A stretch of DNA of 62,822 nt, filler included. It is 5 parts of 5 records of this genome, joined end to end, with 100 filler letters (N's around TTAATTAATTAA, not from the genome) between each part and the next. Parts side by side here need not be neighbours in the genome. Positions count along the whole stretch, not along the records: positions 49,386 to 55,714 come from SRR20825019_527; positions 55,815 to 62,822 come from SRR20825019_535; 3 more parts are not named here. One strand, given 5' to 3'. The notes beneath the pieces are model-generated. The model did no database searches and was not told the origin of the DNA. It was given only the letters and a program-made list of their open reading frames with translations. The translations under genes were made by a program, and so were the position numbers. Below, piece by piece: positions 54,399 through 62,822 of the stretch. Within the stretch, counting starts at the first letter, position 1, and each line of letters starts with the position of its first letter.

Positions 54399-54600
54399 CC
54401 CCTCTGTCGGAAGCCTGAGAGACTCGCGCAGCCGGAACCCTGTCGACCACGCTTACACCTTCGGCGCGGGGATCGCTCCCCGACTTTCCAGAGTGTCTTG
54501 GCCCGCCTACGGTTCTTTTGCCTGAGAGATTTCGGGCGATTTCCCCTTCGGCGTCCGCTCCGGCACATGCCGGTTTGGCTCTCTCCCGCAGACAGGCAGG
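54399..54600 (-). ncRNA. Tandem glycine riboswitch (two aptamers) upstream of gcvT
   Basis: Minus strand: GCGGGAGAG..CGCCGAAGGGGAAA..CTCTCAGGCAAAAGAACCGT, then CTCTGGAAAG..CGCCGAAGGTGTAA..CTCTCAGG..GACAGAGG. Confidence 0.95.
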
Positions 54601-54723
54601 GCTTCTGCCCTCGACGGCTGGAAACTAGCGCAGGCCGCGGTGTTTGTCACCTGCCATAACGCTGACTGTTGTTTTGGCATCACGCTTTCTGTGCACAATG
54701 CCTCACCGTCCTGCATTCCTGCG

Positions 54724-55107
54724 TCAGCCGGCGCCTTGCGCACGGGCAAGATCCGTCTCGATCCGGGCGATGATACGATTGGTTTCTTCCTGGAGCTTGC
54801 GGATGCGTTTCAGATTGGCTGAAACCGCGTTCACGAGTTCCGAGCGGCTTTCGTCAACAGGCGAGACGCCGACGCCGTGCAGGAGCCAGGAAAGGCTTAC
54901 ATTCAGAACGCCTGCGAGCATGGCCAGACGGTTGGCACGGGGCTGAGATCGATCGCTTTCCCACGCCTGGATCGTTGCGGCCTTGACGCCGAGGCGACGG
55001 GCAAGCTCTGAAACCGAGAGGCCCATGGCGTCGCGAGCCCTGGAAAGACGCCCCCCCATCGTGTCCCGGTCGGGTGACTCTGCATAGATGTGTGCGGTGT
55101 CCTGCAC
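54724..55107 (-). CDS. XRE-family HTH transcriptional regulator
   Basis: RLSRARDAMGLSVSELARRLGVKAATIQAWESDRSQPR..LNVSLSWLLHG. Confidence 0.9.
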   Translation of the reverse strand: MQDTAHIYAESPDRDTMGGRLSRARDAMGLSVSELARRLGVKAATIQAWESDRSQPRANRLAMLAGVLNVSLSWLLHGVGVSPVDESRSELVNAVSANLKRIRKLQEETNRIIARIETDLARAQGAG

Positions 55108-55317
55108 CAGTCGGCACCTCCGATTTTTAAACGAACATCGTTGGCTGGATGCCCCCGCCTGATGGCGGGATTTCGCGAGGAAGCATGCCGGAAGCGACGC
55201 GCCGGCACAAGTTTGTGTCGCTGCGCCGCTTGTAGTGAGGCTAAAACGCTTTTTGTGACAGTGATTTAGGTGAAAAAGGTAAGAGGATGATTCATGGGTT
55301 TCATGCGTTGAATCAGC

Positions 55318-55714
55318 TCAATCGCCAGCAAGGCGCCTGGCGTGCCAGTCGAGGTGGTCATTCATGAAGGTCGAGATAAACAAATAGGAGTGGTCATAGC
55401 CCTCGCGCATGTTGAGCGTGAGCGGAATGCCCGCCTTCTCGCATGCCTTTTCGAACAGCCATGGCCGCAGACCCTCGTCAAGGAAACCGTCTGCCGAACC
55501 CTGATCGATGAGGAATTCGGGAAAGCGTGCGCCATCGGCCACAAGTGCGCAGGCGTCGTATTGGCGCCAAACCGCCGGGTCCTCTCCGAGATATTTTTCA
55601 AGAGCCGGTTTCGACCAGTCTGCTGTCGAGGGGTCGACGATGGGAGCGAAGGCAGAGCAGCTTTTGAACCGGTCGGGGTTTTTAAGCGCGATGGTCAGCG
55701 CGCCGTGCCCGCCC
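55318..55714 (-). CDS. fghA: S-formylglutathione hydrolase, C-terminal fragment
   Basis: Manual translation: GGHGALTIALKNPDRFKSCSAFAPI..LIDQGSADGFL..GYDHSYLFISTF. Confidence 0.9.
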
Positions 55715-55814
55715 NNNNNNNNNNNNNNNNNNNNNNNNNNNNNNNNNNNNNNNNNNNNTTAATTAATTAANNNNNNNNNNNNNNNNNNNNNNNNNNNNNN
55801 NNNNNNNNNNNNNN
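55715..55814. other. Artificial contig linker
   Basis: N-run + TTAATTAATTAA + N-run. Confidence 0.99.
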
Positions 55815-58800
55815 CAACAACAACAACAACAACACAACAAGAGTGCCCCAACAAACACACACAGTAAGAAGGCGAGTGCCAAGCAACAGGAGCTACAAAC
55901 GGCGATTCGACTGACTACCAAGAAGGAGAAGCGTAGTAAGAAGAAGCGTGCTAAGGCGTTAGCAGCATCATCGGGAGGTCCCACCAACAGCAGCAACAAC
56001 AACCCACAGAGTGCACAACCCACTGTCCACTCAAAGGTAGACGACCGTACACTTATCGCCGCGGCTGCAGCTGGTCGACATGCTTCCACCGGAAAGCATC
56101 ATCATCGTAATAACAGTCGCCGTCGCCGCTCATCGGCTATTTCTAACCGAGACAATGATGATTCCACCGGCAGTGTTGGTGATATTATACATGAGCTCTC
56201 CTCCACATCATCCACCACCACCCCTACTTCCTCTCCTACTCCCACTATCTCCTCCTCCTCCTCACTATCAAATACCAATGTGAGTGATGATGACGACACC
56301 AACAACGGAATTGATGCACTTTTCAACGATAACGACGATGTCAACAAGAAGCTACTGGAACTGAATCCAACGCTACCAATCACCAAGTCATCCCTACTTC
56401 CATCATCTCATCACCATCATCAACAGGTTACAAATCCAGGTCCTACTCACAACGAGAGCATCGGGTCAGTATCAGGGGCATTTGAAACCTCCTACATGTT
56501 CTCACCCGAAGCTGAGGGAATGGAGAAGTCTCTCGCTGCCCACCTCGCAACTAATGATGACCACGACCACAAGTTCTCTCCCCGAAACCGCCAGCCTATC
56601 ACAACAAACAACAATGAACACAAGGGTGCTGTTGGTCGTGGTGGTGTGACGGATGAGCCGTTGTCGGAGTCAGTGCAGGAGGGGGCGGAGCGCCTCCGTG
56701 CCAAGCAGCAGACCAAGGACGCACCCGATACCAAAATCCCCCACCTCCACCTAGCCAACACTATCCACTTACGCGATACTCTAGCTAATTTCGAATTCCT
56801 TCCCATCAACGCACTCTTCCCATTTGTAGAGGTTCTTGATGAAAAGAATTGTGAATTTGTGTGGTGGGGAGGCGACAAGGCAGAACAAGAGGCAATGGCG
56901 TTCGAGGCCAAGATTGCGAAGCGGATTGCCGCCGAGGAGGCTCGTAGAAAGAGCCGAGCAGCCCTTCGACGATCCCAAAGGCAACAACAACAACATCGTA
57001 GCTACAACAGCATGGGAAGTGGTATTCATGTTGTTACCAGCTCAACCTCTGAGGTGCCACTTTCCCCATTCTCGCCGGTTCCCAGTTCCTTTGGTACACC
57101 ATCCCAACAGGGTGGTATGTCATCACTCAGACCCCCAGCCAATCTATTTACAGCCGCCAACAACAACAACAACAACAATACGCATCCCAATAATGACAGT
57201 GCTCTTAGGCAGGAGGTTGATGTGGATAGTAGCAGTAATCACGTGCCAATGGTTCGGTTTGTGTCATCTCCAACATCCCAAGGTGATGACAACAACTGGC
57301 CAACACCATCATCTGCGTTCAACAACAACAACAATAATGATGTCAGCCCCAGCAATCTTGACAATTCCAACGACGTCGACGATGATGATGAAGATGAGGA
57401 GGAAGGAAGCAGTGGGGACAGTGACTGGGGGGACATCCCTCTCCAAGTCCTCGAGGACGTTGTCAAGCGTCGCGTTGGCGATGATAACCCCCACGGTGGC
57501 AGTAAGACTGCCTCACGGCTTCAAACCGCTGTCTATGCTGCAAAGGAGAAAGAGAGGATGCACGCTCTCGAAGCAGCTGCTGTATCATCGTCGCCGAACT
57601 CCCCTCAGCGAAGGATGCCACTGACCTTCTCGCGACCTCTTACAGTCCCTGTCAATATATTCTCATGTCTCCGTCGAGCTCTTGCTTGTATTGAACGTGA
57701 GCTCAACATCATCGACCCCGCCGCCGCATCAGCCGCATCTGCCCAACATGCATCCTCCTCCTCATTCCCTGCAACAAAATCCTCAGATCTTGAAGGAGGA
57801 GGAGGGGGTGATACTGCCCAGCGTCGTGGGGATTTGAACGCGATAGGAGACAGCTATGCACGTCTTACTCAGCTTAGCTCTTCCAACCAGGTACGCCACT
57901 GGCTACAGCGCTTCGACTTCTTATTGAAGACCACTCTGGGTGTACTCCGATCGTTTGAAATCCGTGTCTATGGCGGAGGCCTCGGAGGGTACAACTTTGG
58001 TAAAGGCTCCTCCCCATCATCACTACTTCCCCACAGCAACAACAATACATCTATTCCCCGAGCCCTCACAACAACAACAACCGCATCAATGCCGCCCCCC
58101 AATGTCGATGGTAGCAGCAACAACACCAATCTTCACAATGGTGTCTCAAGGCGGATGTTTACCAGCATCTCCATGACAGATCCCCTCTCCAAGGACTTCA
58201 CCGCCCTCACCCCCATCGCCCTCCCAAGCTGGCTAGAAGACTTCAAGGCGAGCTCCAATGACGATGATGATGATGAGGACATAAGTGGTGATTCTACTAC
58301 CTCTGGTTCTTATCAGTATGGTGGTGTTGGGGTAGACTCTTCTGAGAGCCTCTCCATTAGCGCCTCTAGAGCAGGCGTCGTCGGTAACGGTGCGTTCGCG
58401 GCGAGTCTTTCTCTTCAAAGCTCACCCAGCCTTCGTGCAAAGCTTTACACTGGTGGCAGCACGAGTAATCCCAGCTCACCTTCCAACCGCCAAAGCCGAA
58501 ACCGTCCAACCCCCACAAGTGCGGGCGGTGGTGGACACGAAAGTGGCAGTATAAGTAACTCCCTGGGATTGGACCTGGATCAGACTCGTGCTGTTAACAA
58601 GCTACAGAGGAGGCAAGGCCGTCGTCTGGAGGCGCTCAAGGAGCTCTTCCGCTCTGCTGGTGGTGTCGTACCATCTTCCGAGGACAACAACACTGAAAAG
58701 GCGCTTCAGGCATACCGACCTGATACTCATAAGAGGGCACTGGCAGGTGGGCTACCAAATCTACTTGCCCTTGCTTTTGATGCAGATGATGCTGCTGCGG

Positions 58801-61800
58801 GAGCAACAGCAGATGCCCCAGACTTCACCACCAATAACACCTCCACGGCAGCTAATTCGACTGATATTGGCCAGAAGGTGCTGATGCAGCTCTTGGAGCT
58901 TATCGGCAAGGAACGGGCACCAATCAGCAAGAAGGCTGCCAAAAATGCTAGGCAGTCCTCTAAAAACTTTGGTGCTGCATCATTGTCTACCTCACATACT
59001 GCACATCCATTAAGCGGTCAGATATCTTCTGGAGATGATGCAGTGGCGGGCACTAATCATAATAACAATAGTAGTAGCACCGCCGGCCTGCACCTTCCAC
59101 CTGCCCTCCTCCCATCCTCCCCAACAACAACCGCCTCCCCAGCAACAGCAGCAGGATCTAAACCACCAGCCTCACCATCCACTACTGCTCCTGCGACTGC
59201 GGCTGTAAATGCAGCCCTAAGACGGTCTGAGAAGGATCAGTACCAGCAGCTAGTAGGGTTATTGGTTAGCCCCATCTCAATTAATTTCCAACTCCATGAG
59301 GGAAATATCGCGTTGTGGAGACAGCATCGCGCTCGGTGTGAAGTGGCTGCAGATCTCCAAGAGAATTTACTTAAGGGCGTCCGATTACAGATGGCAAGCG
59401 AACTAACAACAGCTACGGCATCTGGTGTAGTAGTTGGTGAGGGTAGTTCAGCACGAGTTGTAGGTGGAGGAGGAGGCATGCGAACATTTAAGGATGTGAG
59501 AGGTGATGTTTGCGTGGCATCTGCTTCTGGTAACAACAGCACAACGCAGACGAAAATGATGTCCGGTACTGATCGTCGTTTCCCCCCCGAGGATAACAAC
59601 CTATCCGCAAGCGCCTTCTTCAGAAACCATCTCTCTCAGGCCGCCCAGCAAGATGCACGATCACCATCCTCGCCCACGGCCAATCATCCACAACATGGCA
59701 ATGATGATGATGCAGCTGACGGCACCTCCGTGCCTCATGTATCTTTCTCATTTGCCTTGACGCAGCTTTCACTGCTAGATTCCTACTTAATGGATTGTCT
59801 AGATTTGAACATCAGATACATAGAATCGGTTCCCGATTCACTGATGTCGCAACGCGTAGAGGAGATCCCTGAAGATGAGGATGATGATGTGTCTCACTTC
59901 GCCAATACGAAGGATTCGTCTGCGAGCGATGCATCCCCCTCCAATACCGCCCCCAACACCAAAAAGCGGGGTAAGCAACAAAAAGCCAATCAAGGCTCCT
60001 CTTCTTCCAACAACCACAACAACCACCTTCCCCCCAGCACCACCACCACAAATACAAAGGGCAAACCAAGCATGGTTATGGTCTCAGTATCAAAGAAGGA
60101 AACCGCCTTGTGGGACGCTCTCAGTCAATCCTTCAAAAACAACAACAACAACAACAACAAAGACTCTCCCGTGAGCACCAGCAAGAACAACAATACTGCT
60201 GGCAGCAATGGGCGACAGAGTTACTCCAGCGCACATGAAATTTCTCGCTGTGATGATGTTATACGAGGCTATAAACAATCTGTGTTAATGAACCTGATCA
60301 GTGCTCGTCGTCGTGAGGAGCTTTCTCGGTGCTATCTCGAGCTTGGATCCCTTCTCCTCACACCCGTCGCTATTGAGGCTCCCGCACCTGTTGTTTCTGC
60401 TGTGGCGTTGGCCAAGCAGCTTCCCTCGTCTGAAGCCAGTAAGGCCCGTGATGAGGCTGCCCCCAACAGCTCTCCATTATCCCCCTCGAAGTCATCCCCC
60501 TTTGGCTCCTCTCCTCACATGGCCGCCACGTCTTCGGCATCTGATAAAAGGAGAGTGATGGTGATGGTTGCGAATCCAGCCCTTCCATCGTATGCCCGTA
60601 GTCTGCTTGCATCTGGAGCAACATTCTTGCACCAACAAAGGCTTAACATGTATGCACAGAGTCGGAAGGTAGTTAGTCATGTTGGACAACCTCGACCATC
60701 CTCACAAAGCAGTTCCCATAATCTTGCTGCACCACCACCACCACAACACGGAACATCTACATCCGCAAGTGGTGATATACATTCCAGTAGCTCGTCGTTT
60801 AGGGGAGGAGGAGGGGGCCCACTGTCCTCGATGGTACCACCAGGCGGAGCTGCCGATGATGCGGCAAATGGAAAACAGCACAGTGTTGCCTCCCTCTCTT
60901 CCATGCTGCAGTGCGTCGGGGCTGATATTACTGTCGCAGTACATACTCTTAATCGAGCGAGGAAGTTAAAGCGGGGTGGCTCTTTCACCACATCATCATC
61001 CACCGCCCCCATGAACACCACCCAAGTAGTTTCTACTACTACATCAAAGAACAAACCACCCGTCAACAACAATAAACCCAAAAGTGCTCTGTTTTCCAAC
61101 TTTAAGCGCCAGGCTTGGAACCAAGCTACTACTACCACTCATGTTGTCTCTGTGCCACCTACTACTTCTCCTACAACAGCAGCCGCTGCTGCACCTGTGG
61201 TCCACCCACTGTCCTCACTGAATGACACCAATGGTAGTACCAATTCCACCTCAAACTCAGCAAAAACAACATCTGGTCATGATAAAAATGGGCATGATTC
61301 AAGTGTTCCAACAAGTCTCACATCTTCGCTTTGCCGTCCCAGTAACAGCATCACTGGGGGTGGTGGAAGTTCTGTTGTGGCAGGTGGATTCCCTACATTC
61401 ATCAATGCCACCCAGATGCCCTCCTCTCAGCCATCACTGCCTCCTACCACCACCAACACCCACCACCATCAAAACAACAAATTAGCCTCTCAAAGGGCGG
61501 CTAGGCGCTGCCTACGTCGCCAGGGGTTACTACTAGCAGTGGTGAGGCTTGTGCTGACGGAACCACATAGTAGCATTACAGCTCCCGATGTCAGTAATGG
61601 TGGGGCTGACTTCCACCCTACATGGGGATTCATCAGAACCACGGGACCATCCCCCGCCGGCCATAAAAGTAACGGCGAGCCCTCCTCCTCTGCAGATGCT
61701 GCTGGGGCCATAAGAAGCTCCAATCTACCCGATGCTGATGATAGCCATATCGTTCCTACCAATTTAATCACGAAGCAGATTAGAGATATTAGACACATGT

Positions 61801-62822
61801 TCAACACTTCTTCGTCTATTGCTACCTCGCCCTGTGATGGTCCTTCTGATGAGAGAGTGGTACATCGTCAAATGAGTGGCATGAGCGATATCAACAGCAA
61901 CAAGATATCAAACCCACCACTTCCATCATCTTCACACATGGGTACTATCGGAACTGGGAAGTTTGCTAATAAACTGGCTCCTTTCCTTGATAACGTCTCC
62001 CGGTACAACCCCCACATGGACCTCCCTGACGGCACATCAGCAACCTCATCCTCGCCCCAACACCAACACCACCAACAACTAGCCCCAATGTCCCAACGAA
62101 AGTGCTTTTATGATAATTATCAAAGTTTCTTTGCGCCGATTACCATGACGGTGGTTGGTGGGCGTCGGAGGGGTCCGTTGGGGGGTGCAGCAGGAAGGCA
62201 ACCCTCTTACTATGTAAACCAGGTGCTGCGAGAGACGGCCGCATCACGTGCCGCATCTGCAGCTCGAAACAAACAGCTCTCAATTGACTCCAGCTCTGGA
62301 ATCGACATAAACCCTGCTAATAACCATCATCAAGATGCCCCAACAACCTCTACCTCTACTGATGGTAGTGGTGGGGATGGTGTGGAAGAGTTGCCGATTG
62401 AGGTGGATCGTGTCGGTGTAGCCAAGGAGGCTTTCACACATTCCCTATCTTTAGTAGATGCGGGTAATCCATGGGCCATCGCCGGTCTATGTATGTGTTT
62501 GTGGCTGGAGCATCGGGCCGATGTTGCGAGAGAGGAGGTGTTCGAATCCAAGCGTCGTGAGGAGCTTGAATCACTTCGACAACAACAACAGCATCACCAG
62601 CAGCAGCACCCTACAGGAATTGCGTCGCCCTCGGGAATGGGCGTTGGTGGTGATGGGAGTGCTTTAATCGGCAGGGAGTACCGCCTCTCTCAACAATTTA
62701 CTGCCAACCCCTCTACAAATACAAATACGAATACCAACCCCACCTCTAGAATGGGGTTTGATCTATCCTCCTTCACAGCCAATCACCCTACCGCCCGTGG
62801 TGCAGGAATTCTTAGCACTAGT
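55815..62822 (+). CDS. Internal fragment (2336 codons) of a giant low-complexity eukaryotic protein, open at both ends
   Basis: Frame starting at 55815 read codon by codon has no stop to the window end; poly-N/Q/S/T/D/G tracts alternate with short helical islands; missing from ORF track because it has no stop. Confidence 0.88.

Noticed and set aside
55815-62822. Possible stop-codon reassignment or non-coding DNA suggested by the fragmented ORF track
   Set aside because: One frame is fully open under the standard code, so no recoding is needed.

Overview
This window is not one locus. It is five unrelated contigs joined by artificial 100-nt N-linkers, each containing TTAATTAATTAA. (1) 1-15444: AT-rich Flavobacteriaceae heme-biosynthesis region (MATE, hemH, a 1663-aa T9SS-secreted ExeM/NucH-type nuclease, nitroreductase, AraC regulator, hemA-C-D-E, two accessory genes, hemF, partial hemB), with a perfect Fur-box-like palindrome between araC and hemA. 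(2) 15545-37478: compact protist contig with 43-60 nt GT-AG introns, encoding a C-type-lectin/EGF protein, a conserved ATP-grasp-like protein, HVA22/REEP, RWP-RK, a TTP-type tandem CCCH protein, an RPxSA-repeat protein, a Zn2Cys6 transcription factor, a WD40 protein and an IQ protein. GC-rich islands, up to about 85-90% GC, lie between divergent genes. (3) 37579-49285: Muricauda/Flagellimonas-like contig (T9SS type-B protein, M15 and M48 peptidases, gpmI, map, GxxExxY, methyltransferase, apbE, nqrF/E/D). (4) 49386-55714: Rhizobiales-like contig (partial parE, gcvP-H-T under a tandem glycine riboswitch, XRE regulator, partial fghA). (5) 55815-62822: one uninterrupted 2336-codon low-complexity eukaryotic ORF that the ORF track misses. 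The best candidate for an undescribed system is a ~450-bp cassette carrying a GxxExxY (PD-(D/E)XK) gene. It has complementary arms and flanking GTGT direct repeats, and removing it restores an overlapping map-stop/methyltransferase-start junction, which suggests a minimal mobile or intervening element. All calls come from reading motifs by eye; no database searches were run.
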